Source: an uncultured Clostridia bacterium (GTDB lineage Bacteria > Bacillota > Clostridia > Christensenellales > UBA1242). Taken from it: a stretch of 64,000 bases of DNA. The DNA lies in contig CALWPB010000003.1 of the NCBI GenBank assembly GCA_944383315.1, positions 294-64,293 on the forward strand, written 5' to 3'. Below are positions 37,513 through 47,873 of this stretch, piece by piece; position 1 is the stretch's first letter, and the number at the start of each line of letters is the position of its first letter. The notes under the pieces are model-generated. The model searched no databases. It was not told where the DNA came from and was given only the letters and a program-made list of their open reading frames with translations. A program made the translations under genes and the position numbers.

Positions 37513-38757
37513 ATGGAACCAGTTGCAGAAGCATTTTTAAATGTTTTAACAATTATTGCATTGATTGCGGCTGTAGCCTTTATCATTATTTTGTTGGTTG
37601 ACCTTATTTTGTCAATTACAAATAAGAAAGGTTCAATCTTTTTCAGAGGTCGCAACGCAGACAAAGATGAAGAAAGTAAAAAGCAGGGGGATGATTCCGT
37701 AGAGATTAGCGGTCGTCCACAAGTTTTGGAGGGGGACAGCACACAACAAGAACCCGCTCATCAGACTTGGGATGAAGAGGCTGCTTTGCGTGAACAACAA
37801 GCATTGCTTGCAGGTGAACAAGGTTTGCCAGATGAGCAACCTGCTAGTGCTGAGAAATCTTTTACTGACGAACGTCACGAAATGATTGAGCGCCGCAAGA
37901 AAGAATTTGATGACTTTGACGACTTTGATTCATTGTTTGAAGAAAGCAAGGAAGAAGAACAACCAAAGCCCGCAGAGGAAAAACCTGAGGAAGAATTCAA
38001 CTTCGACGATATGATTAATGAAATCAATGCCGAATCAGTAACTAAATACGAGGCATCTGAGCAAGAAGAAATCGTTGAGCCAGTAGCAGAACCTGAAGTT
38101 GCTGAAACTGTTGAAGAAACAACCGCAGTTGAGTTGCCCGCAGAAGCAGAAACAGTTACAGACGAAACCGAAACTGTAAAGACAGTTGAAGAAAGCGCTG
38201 AATCTACAGCGACAACTGCCGAAGTTACAGAAACAGAAACTACTGATGATGAGGGCGACGGCGATGAAGAGCCAATCGAACCAGTTGTCGCACCTAAGGA
38301 AGTTGTGGGTGTTTATGAATTCTTCCCGCTCGAACAACTTGAAGCAAGATTAAAGAAATTGCAAGCACGTCTTAAAGTGAATGAGCGCGACCTTCGCGGA
38401 AACCGTAAAGAGTACAAACCACTTGCACGTGTAAAACGTAACTTAGAGCGCGACCAAGAAAAGTTGCGCCGCAGAGAAGCAATTATCGCACGTAAGAAAG
38501 TATTGCTATACGGTGTAAACAACTATGTAGACATTGATGAAGAAAAGGCTAAGAAGTTGAGTGAAGACCTTGACTTGCTTGACGGGCTTAGATTGTCTGT
38601 TCAACACTGCGAAGAAGTTATGGAACAAAACAAGGACCGCTTCCCAATCTTAGAGAAGACAAATCAAATCCTTGTTGAGCAAAACCAGCAAATTAAAGAC
38701 GATATCGCCGAAGTAGAAGCAGCCATTGCCAAACTCAAAGGTGAGAACGCAGAATAG
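37513..38757 (+). CDS. Hypothetical membrane-anchored protein with acidic low-complexity linker and C-terminal coiled coil
   Basis: ORF track, N-terminal TM segment, E/D/T-rich middle region. Confidence 0.55.
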   Translation: MEPVAEAFLNVLTIIALIAAVAFIIILLVDLILSITNKKGSIFFRGRNADKDEESKKQGDDSVEISGRPQVLEGDSTQQEPAHQTWDEEAALREQQALLAGEQGLPDEQPASAEKSFTDERHEMIERRKKEFDDFDDFDSLFEESKEEEQPKPAEEKPEEEFNFDDMINEINAESVTKYEASEQEEIVEPVAEPEVAETVEETTAVELPAEAETVTDETETVKTVEESAESTATTAEVTETETTDDEGDGDEEPIEPVVAPKEVVGVYEFFPLEQLEARLKKLQARLKVNERDLRGNRKEYKPLARVKRNLERDQEKLRRREAIIARKKVLLYGVNNYVDIDEEKAKKLSEDLDLLDGLRLSVQHCEEVMEQNKDRFPILEKTNQILVEQNQQIKDDIAEVEAAIAKLKGENAE

Positions 38758-38862
38758 AAAAACAAATAGGGGTAAAAGGATGTAAGACGAAAGTTTTACG
38801 TCTTTTTATTTGCTCTTTTTCATAAAATTTGTTACAATTAATAATAATTACGGGGGTAGAGT

Positions 38863-39828
38863 ATGGGCATTTCAAACTGGTTCAAAAAAATTTTCAAAAA
38901 GCCGTCTACACGGAAAATTGAACAAGCACCAGAACAAACACTGCACCCTTTAAAATTAGGGCTTGCTTTTAGTGGCGGCGGTACTCGTGGAGTTGCGTAC
39001 ATTGGAGTTATCAAGGCTTTTCGAGAAGCGGGGCTGCATTTTGATTATGTGGCGGGTACTTCGGTAGGCTCGCTTATGGGTGCAGTTTATTGCGCAGATT
39101 TGAGTAACGAAGAAATGGAACAACGCGCTCGCGCACTCAAACCCAAAGATATCCTGACTAGCAAGATTGCCTTTGTGCCAAATAAAACGGAAAAGTTAGA
39201 AAGCGTCGTACGCGAAGTGCTTGGTGGTCGTACTTTTCAGGACTTAAAACTTCCATTTACGGCGGTAGCAGTCGATATTATCACAGGGACTGAGGTGCAT
39301 ATTGATAGTGGAGATTTAGCAAAGGCTATTTCGGGCTCGTGCGCAGTGCCGGGGATATTCAATCCCGTGGATTTTGGAGATTATAGACTATTTGACGGTG
39401 GTATTCAAAATAATATTCCCGCCGATGTTGTGCGCGATATGGGGGCGGATATCGTGCTTGCAGTCGATATCAACCCAACGCGCGGTTACGGGACAACTAG
39501 CACAAAGTATCTTGAACTAATGAAAGCCGCTTTGCGAATACTTATGAAGTCAAACTCTGTAAAAGGTTACGTGCATTCTGACTATGTGCTAAAAATTGAC
39601 CTTTCGCAATACGACCAGCGAAAACTGGATAATGTAGACGAAATGATAAATATAGGCTACGAAGTAACAAAACAGGAAATGCCTAATATTCTAAAAGTGT
39701 TGGGTATGCGTGTACCAGACGAGAATATTAAGGAAACTGTTCGCCGTCTTAAAATTATGCAGAAGCGGGCAAAGCAAATCGCAAAAGAGAAAAAATTAAA
39801 TAGGGGGGAAACAAATGTCGTGGGATAA
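38863..39828 (+). CDS. Patatin-like phospholipase
   Basis: GGGTRG oxyanion motif and GTSVGS nucleophile motif. Confidence 0.88.
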   Translation: MGISNWFKKIFKKPSTRKIEQAPEQTLHPLKLGLAFSGGGTRGVAYIGVIKAFREAGLHFDYVAGTSVGSLMGAVYCADLSNEEMEQRARALKPKDILTSKIAFVPNKTEKLESVVREVLGGRTFQDLKLPFTAVAVDIITGTEVHIDSGDLAKAISGSCAVPGIFNPVDFGDYRLFDGGIQNNIPADVVRDMGADIVLAVDINPTRGYGTTSTKYLELMKAALRILMKSNSVKGYVHSDYVLKIDLSQYDQRKLDNVDEMINIGYEVTKQEMPNILKVLGMRVPDENIKETVRRLKIMQKRAKQIAKEKKLNRGETNVVG

Positions 39829-41401
39829 GTATAATGAAGCAAGGAAGAAAGCGAGAGAGGCGCAAAATAAACTTAACAAGGCTTCTAAAACAGTAGACAA
39901 ACTTACGGGCAAGAGCGATGATAAACTCACAAAATCGGAAATAAATCAGGTTAAAACTGCCGCTAAAAATGCGAAATCATATAAATGGCTGTTTAGCATT
40001 TGGGCAATTATCACGATAGCAGCCCTAGTGTCGCTATTATTTACTAGCAGTATTGAACCTGCCATAAATAATTGGATATATGGCAATAACAATACGACCG
40101 CAAGTGATGACTCGGGGGCGGTAGGAACTTTTGCCGATGTAGTTACAAATAGTGAACTTAAAATTCATTATGTGTTTGTAGGACAAGGCGACTGCATACT
40201 TATTGATTTGCCTGACGGCAAGAACGCAATCATCGATAGTGGCAGCGAAGCATACAGTTCGGAAACAAGCGCAAAAGTATTGAGTTATATAGACACTTAT
40301 TTGCTTGATGATGGAGAAATAATTGACTATATGATTTTGACACACCCTGATAGCGACCACTTGTTCTATTTGCCTGATATTTTAGACGAATACGAAGTGG
40401 CAAATATTTATAGACCATATACATTTTTTGTGTCAGACGGTGAAGACAGTAATCAAAGGTTAGACCCTGACAATACTATTGCAACTGTTGAAGAGCAAGT
40501 CGCTGTTGAGGCAAAGGAGCGCGCTGCAGTTGCTGAATTGAATAGCGAATATGGTTATGGCATCACGATAGGCGACCCTACAAAAAGTACTACAAATGCC
40601 AAAAGTACGGATATAATGTACAAATTTATCAGCCGTATTTATAGCGAAACTTACGGACCAAATGACACACCCGCAGAAATTCATTATCCAATCGCTGGCG
40701 CAAGTTTTGGCGGGGATGAATATTCATTTACTTTCTATGCTCCCGTAACTCCTAGCAATGTTTATGACAGTTGGAACAACTATTCAAGTGTAATCGTGTT
40801 AGATTACAACGGCACCAAAATTGCCTTTACAGGTGATGCCGAAACAGACGAAGAAGACGAAATTTTAGCAAATGAAAGCAAACTAGACTTGCCCGATGTA
40901 GACATTATGGATATGGGACACCACGGCAGTAGCACAAGTTCGCAAGATGCTTTTGTAAAGGCTCTAAATCCTGAATATGCCATTATTTCGTGCGGTATAG
41001 ACAATAAGTATGGACACCCAAATCAAGAAACAATAGATACTTTGTATAACAACGGGGTAGATTCAAATCATATTTTTATAACCGCTCAAAGTGGCGATAT
41101 AGTAATAGGCTTTGGATATAATGGCGCCATTAATGCTGATAATGAAGAAAACGCAGGTACGGGCGATACTTCGACTACTGAGCCCGCCACCGCAGATGCT
41201 ACAACAGATGACACCACTGAAACAACTCCTGTTACTCACGATTATATCATAGCATATACAGGGGAAGCCAGTATTGTTGCTCCAACAGAACCAACTCCAA
41301 TTAAATGGTGGTATATAGTTGTTGGCATAATTGTGATTTCAGGCATAATATTGTTGGTTATAGTTCCAAGTGTAATCAAATCAGTTAAAAAGAAAAAATA
41401 A
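39815..41401 (+). CDS. Membrane-anchored MBL-fold hydrolase (ComEC C-terminal-domain-like)
   Basis: VGQGDCILI and THPDSDH motifs. TM segments at both ends. 14-nt overlap with the patatin gene. Confidence 0.75.
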   Translation: MSWDKYNEARKKAREAQNKLNKASKTVDKLTGKSDDKLTKSEINQVKTAAKNAKSYKWLFSIWAIITIAALVSLLFTSSIEPAINNWIYGNNNTTASDDSGAVGTFADVVTNSELKIHYVFVGQGDCILIDLPDGKNAIIDSGSEAYSSETSAKVLSYIDTYLLDDGEIIDYMILTHPDSDHLFYLPDILDEYEVANIYRPYTFFVSDGEDSNQRLDPDNTIATVEEQVAVEAKERAAVAELNSEYGYGITIGDPTKSTTNAKSTDIMYKFISRIYSETYGPNDTPAEIHYPIAGASFGGDEYSFTFYAPVTPSNVYDSWNNYSSVIVLDYNGTKIAFTGDAETDEEDEILANESKLDLPDVDIMDMGHHGSSTSSQDAFVKALNPEYAIISCGIDNKYGHPNQETIDTLYNNGVDSNHIFITAQSGDIVIGFGYNGAINADNEENAGTGDTSTTEPATADATTDDTTETTPVTHDYIIAYTGEASIVAPTEPTPIKWWYIVVGIIVISGIILLVIVPSVIKSVKKKK

Positions 41402-41574
41402 AAAATGTGGATAACTTTTTAAAAGGGTGAGCAGCCCTTTTTATTTTATAATTATAAAAAAAGTATACATATTTTTGGGCTTAAACTATTCGCAAAATGC
41501 TGTATTTTATAATCATTATGAATTTTTATAAATCACTTTTAAAAACCACGATTTGTGCAAAAAGTACAAACTTG

Positions 41575-41623
41575 ACACAATATGTTGTGTTTATTAAAAA
41601 TAGTTTGACACTATATATAGTAT
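41575..41623 (+). promoter_or_regulatory. Two NrdR boxes
   Basis: ACACAATATGTTGTGT (41575-41590) and ACACTATATATAGTAT (41608-41623), with starts 33 bp apart. The second box overlaps the promoter. Confidence 0.75.
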
Positions 41624-41633
41624 TTTATATAAT
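41605..41633 (+). promoter_or_regulatory. nrdD promoter TTGACA-17-TATAAT
   Basis: Perfect consensus hexamers at 41605-41610 and 41628-41633. Confidence 0.7.
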
Positions 41634-41666
41634 TAGATTGTAAATTAACACAAAGGAGTAAAAATT

Positions 41667-43820
41667 ATGAGTGGGCAAGTTTTAAAGAGAGATGGCACAA
41701 TACAGGACTTTGATATCCGTAAGATTGCTGATGCCATTTACAAGGCCGCTGTTGCGTGCAATGGAAGTGATTATGACACTGCTTTTGCATTAGCGGAAAA
41801 GGTCGTAGAATTATTAAAAAAGAGAGTAGGCGAGCGAGTGCCCACTGTTGAGCAAATTCAAGACGCAGTGGAGTATACTTTAATAGACAACAGACATTCG
41901 CAAACCGCAAAGGCTTATATATTATATAGAGAAAAGCGCAAGTCTGCGCGTGAGAAGAATGCGCTTGTTGGTGCAACTATTGATTTGTTTGATAAATACA
42001 TTGATGACACCGACTGGTCTACAAAGGAAAACGCAAATATGCAACGTTCTGTTGCAGGGCTTAACAACTTTGTACGCGAAGAGTTTACCAAAAATTACTG
42101 GCTTAATGAAGTGTATCCAGTGGACGTTCGCGAAGCGCATTTAAGTGGTGATATCCATTTGCACGATTTAGGGTTCTTTGGTAGTTACTGCGTGGGCTGG
42201 GATTTGGCTCAAATTTTAACTCTTGGCTTTACTGGTGTTCCAGGAAAAGTGTCTTCAAATCCGCCAAAGCACTTGCGTAGTTTCCTAGGACAAATCACGA
42301 ACGCAACTTTTACTCTACAAGGCGAGAGTGCGGGAGCGCAAGCGTGGAGTAGTTTTGATACATATTGCGCGCCTTTTATCGCGTATGACAATCTTGATTA
42401 TGACGAAGTAAAACAGTTGCTTCAAGGTTGGGTATTTAATATGAACGTGGCAACTCGTGTCGGTTTCCAATGCCCGTTTAGCAACATAACACTTGATATT
42501 AAGGTTCACTCACTATTAAAAGACCGTCCTGTAATTATTGGCGGTGTGCCACAAGACCGCACTTATGGTGAGTTCCAAAAAGAAATGGATATGTTCAATA
42601 TGGCACTTTGCGAAGTTATGATGCAAGGTGATGCGAACGGCAGAATTTTTACGTTCCCAATTCCTACAATCAATATTACCAAAGATTTGGACTGGGATAG
42701 TCCTGTGGTAAACGCAATTATGGATATGACGTGCAAGTATGGTATTCCTTATTTTGCAAACTATATCAACTCTACACTTAGTCCCGAAGATGCGTTGTCT
42801 ATGTGTTGTAGATTGCGTCTTGACTTGAGCGAACTCCGTAAGCGCGGGGGCGGACTGTTTGGCTCTAATCCGTTGACTGGCTCAATAGGTGTAGTTACAA
42901 TCAACTTGCCACGTATTGGGTATTTATCAAAGAGCAAGGAAGAATTTATCGAGCGTACGCTCAAAATGGCAGACCTTGCAAAGACTAGCCTTGAAATTAA
43001 GCGCAAGATGATTGAAAAACAAACCGATAATGGATTGTATCCATATTCAGCATTTTATTTGCGTCCTGTAAAAGAGCGCAGCGGGCAGTACTGGGCAAAC
43101 CACTTTGCGACAATCGGTGTAAACGGTATGAATGAAGCCCTGTTAAACCTATTAGGCAAGGATATTACAACTCCCGAAGGTCAGGAGTTTGCTATTGAAG
43201 TTATGACAGCACTTCGTGATAAAATGGTCGAATACCAAAAAGAAACAGGCAACCAGTATAATCTCGAAGCAACCCCAGCCGAAGGTGTGTCCGCTCGTCT
43301 TGCTCGTCTTGACAAGGCGCGTTTCCCAGACATTATTACATCGGGTACAGACGAACCATACTATACCAACTCGACACAAATTCCCGTAGGCTATACAGAC
43401 GATATTTTTGAAGTGGTAAGATTGCAGGACGAATTGCAATCTATGTATACGGGTGGTACAGTATTGCACCTGTATCTTGGTGAACGCATTACAGACCGTG
43501 AAACCTGCAAGTCACTTATTCGTAAGATTTTTACAAACAACAAAATGCCGTATATCAGTATTACCCCTACATTTAGTGTTTGTCCAGAACACGGATATAT
43601 TGCGGGTGAACACTTTACTTGTCCGCACTGTGGCAAGGAAGCCGAAGTTTGGTCGCGTGTAGTTGGTTATTTCCGTTGTGTAAAGGACTTTAACAAATCA
43701 AAGCAAGCCGAGTATTTTGACCGCAAAAAGTTTGTAGTAAAGGCTGAACAGTTACTCGAAACGGACGAACTTGAGCAACTTCACCGTGAACGAAACGGGT
43801 TAAGCGCGGCAGCAGTATAA
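41667..43820 (+). CDS. nrdD: Anaerobic ribonucleoside-triphosphate reductase
   Basis: ATP-cone N-terminus, C-terminal CPHCG zinc site and RVVGYF glycyl-radical motif. Confidence 0.95.
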   Translation: MSGQVLKRDGTIQDFDIRKIADAIYKAAVACNGSDYDTAFALAEKVVELLKKRVGERVPTVEQIQDAVEYTLIDNRHSQTAKAYILYREKRKSAREKNALVGATIDLFDKYIDDTDWSTKENANMQRSVAGLNNFVREEFTKNYWLNEVYPVDVREAHLSGDIHLHDLGFFGSYCVGWDLAQILTLGFTGVPGKVSSNPPKHLRSFLGQITNATFTLQGESAGAQAWSSFDTYCAPFIAYDNLDYDEVKQLLQGWVFNMNVATRVGFQCPFSNITLDIKVHSLLKDRPVIIGGVPQDRTYGEFQKEMDMFNMALCEVMMQGDANGRIFTFPIPTINITKDLDWDSPVVNAIMDMTCKYGIPYFANYINSTLSPEDALSMCCRLRLDLSELRKRGGGLFGSNPLTGSIGVVTINLPRIGYLSKSKEEFIERTLKMADLAKTSLEIKRKMIEKQTDNGLYPYSAFYLRPVKERSGQYWANHFATIGVNGMNEALLNLLGKDITTPEGQEFAIEVMTALRDKMVEYQKETGNQYNLEATPAEGVSARLARLDKARFPDIITSGTDEPYYTNSTQIPVGYTDDIFEVVRLQDELQSMYTGGTVLHLYLGERITDRETCKSLIRKIFTNNKMPYISITPTFSVCPEHGYIAGEHFTCPHCGKEAEVWSRVVGYFRCVKDFNKSKQAEYFDRKKFVVKAEQLLETDELEQLHRERNGLSAAAV

Positions 43821-43834
43821 GGGCGGAGTAAAAA

Positions 43835-44500
43835 GTGAAAATAATCAAATTTATCAAAAATTCAATGATTGATTTTCCGCGACACATTGCTTGTGTCGCT
43901 TTTACTTATGGATGCAACTGGAATTGCTGGTACTGTCATAATGCAGACTTACTACACGAACAAGTAGACCTAACGGACGAGTTTTTTACCTTTTTAGAGA
44001 ATAGGCGTGGGTGGCTTGATGGGGTTGTGATTTGTGGCGGTGAACCGACAATTCACAGCGACTTGCCTATAACTATTCGCAAAATCAAAGAAATGGGGTT
44101 CGATGTAAAACTTGATACTAATGGAACGAACCCCGAAATGCTAGAAAACTTAATTGTAGACAAATTAATTGATTATGTTGCTATGGATATCAAAGCCCCG
44201 CAAGAAAAACTTTCTAGTATTGTTAAATCTAATAACAAAATAGACGAAGTGCAAAAAAGTATTAATATCCTTTTACAAAACAGGGTAGAATACGAGTTTC
44301 GCACAACCGTTACCCCAGACCTTACCGAAACGGACATTGTAAAAATGGCGCAGAGTATCTCGGGGGCGGAAAAGTACATTCTGCAAGTGTACAATAAACC
44401 TGCGTTTTTAGAAAATGCACCCGAACCACATAAAATTGAAACCATACAACATTTTGTCGAGATAGCAAAAAAGTACGTTCCCGCTACTATATTACGCTAA
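43835..44500 (+). CDS. nrdG: Anaerobic ribonucleotide reductase activating protein (radical SAM)
   Basis: CNWNCWYC cluster motif. GTG start after a GGCGGAG SD. Confidence 0.9.
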   Translation: MKIIKFIKNSMIDFPRHIACVAFTYGCNWNCWYCHNADLLHEQVDLTDEFFTFLENRRGWLDGVVICGGEPTIHSDLPITIRKIKEMGFDVKLDTNGTNPEMLENLIVDKLIDYVAMDIKAPQEKLSSIVKSNNKIDEVQKSINILLQNRVEYEFRTTVTPDLTETDIVKMAQSISGAEKYILQVYNKPAFLENAPEPHKIETIQHFVEIAKKYVPATILR

Positions 44501-44642
44501 AACTAATATGAATTAATTATAAAATATTAAAAATTTGCCAAAAATACTTTTATAAAAGGCTAAATTTAATAATTTGTATCATTTTGTTTGCTAAAAAACA
44601 AAAAATTTGGTATATTCATATTACAAAGTGTTGGAGTGAAGA

Positions 44643-45179
44643 ATGAAAACGAATATAGCCCTTATTTGTTTGTTAGAAAATTATTCAAAAAGTGTAGCCA
44701 AGCAACTTGCTGAAAGGCTCGAAATGTTTTATGTAAACGTTGACGAAATGGTTGAGTTTGAACTTGGTGATGAAAATCATATTTTAGAAACTCTTGGCGA
44801 CACAGCAGGACACAAGTACATTGAAGAGTGTGAGAACAAAGTGGTAAAAAATGTAACTACATTTGAGAACACTGTAATTTGTATGAACCCTGCCGAAATG
44901 TTTACACAAGATAACTTTGACAAAATCACAAGTACAAGTTATGTGATTTACTTGCAGATTTCACCAAAGTGTTTTGAACAGCGTTGCAAATTTTCGGGGG
45001 ACTATATAGATGAGAGCCTAAACGAGATTTCGTTTACCGAACGCGATAAAGATTATGTAGACAAAAGCGACATCGTGCTTAATTGTAGTACCTACAAGGA
45101 GCAAAAAGCGGTCAAGAAATTACTAAAAAGCATAAATAAATTTTTCAAGAAAAAGGCACAGGAGAAAAAGCACGCTTAA
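44643..45179 (+). CDS. Shikimate-kinase-like protein with degenerate P-loop
   Basis: NIALICLLENYSKSVAKQLAERLEMFYVNVDEMVE parallels the shikimate kinase N-terminus, but the GxxGxGKS motif is replaced. Confidence 0.4.
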   Translation: MKTNIALICLLENYSKSVAKQLAERLEMFYVNVDEMVEFELGDENHILETLGDTAGHKYIEECENKVVKNVTTFENTVICMNPAEMFTQDNFDKITSTSYVIYLQISPKCFEQRCKFSGDYIDESLNEISFTERDKDYVDKSDIVLNCSTYKEQKAVKKLLKSINKFFKKKAQEKKHA

Positions 45180-45214
45180 ATACTCTTCGCGTGCCTTTTT
45201 GTTTGGAGGGAACT

Positions 45215-47209
45215 ATGGAAGCAATAGAACAAAAAATTATAAACACAATGCGTAAACTTGGGCTTAACGAAGTGGTAACTGCAAATTCAGGACATACGGG
45301 CATTATCCTTGATGCTGCTCCTATTGTTTACGCAATTTTTAAATCGGCTAATTTTACACCTCTCGCACCTGATTGGGCAAATCGCGACCGAATTGTGTTG
45401 AGTGCGGGGCACGGTAGCGCATTACTTTATGCGGCGCTGCATCTTTTTGGTTTCCTTGATATAGAAGATTTAAAGAATTTTAGACAATTTGGCAGCCGTA
45501 CACCAGGGCATCCAGAAATATCGACCGCAGGGGTTGACGCGAGTACAGGCGCATTAGGACAAGGCATAGCAAATGCAGTAGGACTTGCTCTTGCTGAAAA
45601 AATGCTCTCGCGCTACAATAAACCTCGTTTTAACATTTATGACCACTACACCTATTGTTTGGTGGGAGATGGTGATTTGATGGAAGGCATAAGTTATGAA
45701 AGTGCGTCTTTTGCAGGACGCTATGGGCTTAACAAACTCATTGTACTTTATGACAGTAACCGCATTTCGCTTGATGGTCGCACAAGTATGACGAGTAATG
45801 ATGACATAAAATTGCGTTTTGAGTCGTGCAACTGGAATGTGCAGGTTGTGGCAGACGGAAACGACTGTGATTCTATTTTATCGGCGATTGAGCAAGCAAA
45901 ACAGTCTAATAAACCAAATATAATTATTTGTAATACAACAATAGGTTTCGGCAGCCCTTTTGCTGATAGTGAGAAGTGCCACAGCAACCCCTTTGACGTT
46001 GCTACAATGAATGAAACTGTAAAGAAAATGGGGCTTGATACCGAGCCTTTTAAGGTGGATGATGATGTTTACCGCTATTGCCAAAATTTGCTTTTACCAC
46101 TAAAAAACAAAGCATACAATGATTGGAAAAAATTACGCACGCGTTATGCCATTAAGTTCCCAAGCCTAAGTAAAGAACTGAACATAGATACCAAAAAAGC
46201 GATAAATAAATTAAGCAGTCTGCATTTTGATGAAGCACTTTCAACTCGCGATGCTGGGTTTGAGATATTACAAGTTGTGGCAAAAAATTTACCCAATATT
46301 GTTGGCGGCTGTGCTGATTTGTCTAAAAGTACAAAAGCAATTATAAAGGGTAGTCCCTTTTTTGATAGCGAGAAAGATAGCGAAAAGACGGGTAGGAACA
46401 TAGCATACGGTGTCCGTGAACACGCAATGGGGGCAATAACCAACGGTTTAGCATTACACGGAGAGTGGTTGCCGTTTTGCTCGACATTTTTGGTCTTTTC
46501 AGATTATATGCGCTATGCCATTAGAATGGCTGCAATTATGAAATTGCAAGAAATTTATGTATTCACTCACGATAGTATTGCGGTTGGCGAAGACGGTACA
46601 ACGCATCAGCCTGTTGAGCAAATCGAAAGTTTGCGGTTAATTCCTAATTTAAATGTTTTTAGGCCGTGCGATGCGAATGAAACGGTAGCAGGTTATGCTT
46701 TGGCGCTAGCAAGTAAAAGTCCAACAGCCTTGATTTTATCTAGGCAAAAACTGCCAATATTAAAAGGAACAGATACTGAAAAAGCACAATTTGGCGGATA
46801 TGTTATTAGCCCTGAACGTAATAAAAAAGAATTACACGGCATAATAATTGCCACAGGTAGCGAAGTTGAACTCGCAGTTGAAGCGCAAAAAATTATGGAA
46901 AAAGACGGCTTGTCTATAAGAGTTGTTAGTATGCCTGAACGTAATCTATTTTTAAGACAAGATAAAAAATATATTGAAAAAGTACTGCCAAGCAAAATGA
47001 AATGCCGCCTTGTGATTGAAGCGGGAACAACTGCGGGTTGGTATAAAATAGCAGGGGACAGCGGTTGCGTTTTAGGTGTGGATACTTTTGGCGAAAGTGG
47101 AAAGCCAAAAGAATTGTACGCAAAATTTGGATTAACGTTACCCAATATTGTGGCTATAATGGATAAACTTATAAAAGAAAATCAAACCATTATCGACTCA
47201 GTGATTTAG
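45215..47209 (+). CDS. tkt: Transketolase
   Basis: SGHTG and GDGDLMEG motifs. GGAGGG SD before ATG 45215. Confidence 0.95.
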   Translation: MEAIEQKIINTMRKLGLNEVVTANSGHTGIILDAAPIVYAIFKSANFTPLAPDWANRDRIVLSAGHGSALLYAALHLFGFLDIEDLKNFRQFGSRTPGHPEISTAGVDASTGALGQGIANAVGLALAEKMLSRYNKPRFNIYDHYTYCLVGDGDLMEGISYESASFAGRYGLNKLIVLYDSNRISLDGRTSMTSNDDIKLRFESCNWNVQVVADGNDCDSILSAIEQAKQSNKPNIIICNTTIGFGSPFADSEKCHSNPFDVATMNETVKKMGLDTEPFKVDDDVYRYCQNLLLPLKNKAYNDWKKLRTRYAIKFPSLSKELNIDTKKAINKLSSLHFDEALSTRDAGFEILQVVAKNLPNIVGGCADLSKSTKAIIKGSPFFDSEKDSEKTGRNIAYGVREHAMGAITNGLALHGEWLPFCSTFLVFSDYMRYAIRMAAIMKLQEIYVFTHDSIAVGEDGTTHQPVEQIESLRLIPNLNVFRPCDANETVAGYALALASKSPTALILSRQKLPILKGTDTEKAQFGGYVISPERNKKELHGIIIATGSEVELAVEAQKIMEKDGLSIRVVSMPERNLFLRQDKKYIEKVLPSKMKCRLVIEAGTTAGWYKIAGDSGCVLGVDTFGESGKPKELYAKFGLTLPNIVAIMDKLIKENQTIIDSVI

Positions 47210-47269
47210 TAGAAAGGTGAGTTATATATGTTTTTAATTTAAGCAACTAGCAAAAATATATTGAAATTT

Positions 47270-47296
47270 AGAGTTAATGGTATTAACTCTTTTATT
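47270..47296 (+). terminator. Intrinsic terminator after tkt
   Basis: AGAGTTAAT-GGT-ATTAACTCT followed by TTTATT. Confidence 0.7.
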
Positions 47297-47368
47297 ATGT
47301 CCGCTAGGGAAATCAATCGCTTTCTCACTAAAAACAAATAAAAGTATGCATAAAATACAAAATATATA

Positions 47369-47403
47369 GGTACTATGCAATATATTACGCATTGCATAGT
47401 ACT
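47369..47403. repeat. Palindromic intergenic repeat (GTACTATGCAAT-N9-ATTGCATAGTAC)
   Basis: Perfect 12-bp arms at 47370-47381 and 47391-47402. Confidence 0.85.
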
Positions 47404-47630
47404 AAAAATGTAATATTTTTAGATAGCAAAACTTATTGCTGATAATAATTATAATACTTTAATTTCTAAAATATGTGTAAACGCACATATTTTTTCTTTT
47501 ATAATGAAGTTTGTTAAATATTATCTAAATATTATCTTACGGTTTTAAAATGTTCTGCCTTTTAAGTTTATAAAATCAATAGGTTTAAAAAGTATTTTTT
47601 GGTATATAATTTTGTAAAACGAGGTAGTTT

Positions 47631-47873
47631 ATGCGCAAACCTACAATGGATTTAAATCAGGTAAAAACCGAAATTTTAAAACTGAAAGGCAAGTATATTG
47701 AAATGGAAGTCAACAAAGGGCGTAAAAAAATCACGCATTATGAAGGGGTGCTAGAAGATATTTACAACTCCGTCTTTGTTGTTAGATTGCTTAATTCAGC
47801 AAAAAATGAAAAATTGAGTTATAGTTACAGTGATGTTCTGTGTGGTGATGTCAAGATAGAAGTAAAAGAATAA
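47631..47873 (+). CDS. veg: Veg family protein
   Basis: ...NKGRKKITHYEGVLEDIYNSVFVV...LSYSYSDVL... Confidence 0.85.
   Translation: MRKPTMDLNQVKTEILKLKGKYIEMEVNKGRKKITHYEGVLEDIYNSVFVVRLLNSAKNEKLSYSYSDVLCGDVKIEVKE

Noticed and set aside
37367-37742. Minus-strand ORFs overlapping the tmRNA 3' end and the next gene
   Set aside because: They overlap a confidently identified tmRNA and the 5' end of a plus-strand CDS. There are no expression signals.
37477-38860. Genomic island integrated at the tmRNA 3' end
   Set aside because: No integrase is present. I could find no direct repeat of the tmRNA 3' terminus (GGTTCGATTCCCATCGCTTCCACCA) downstream in the window.
38863-41401. The overlapping patatin and MBL-hydrolase pair as a CBASS-like or other defence effector module
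   Set aside because: There is no cyclase, sensor, nuclease partner or mobile context. Both resemble housekeeping membrane-associated proteins common in Firmicutes (YlbK-like patatin, ComEC-domain hydrolase).
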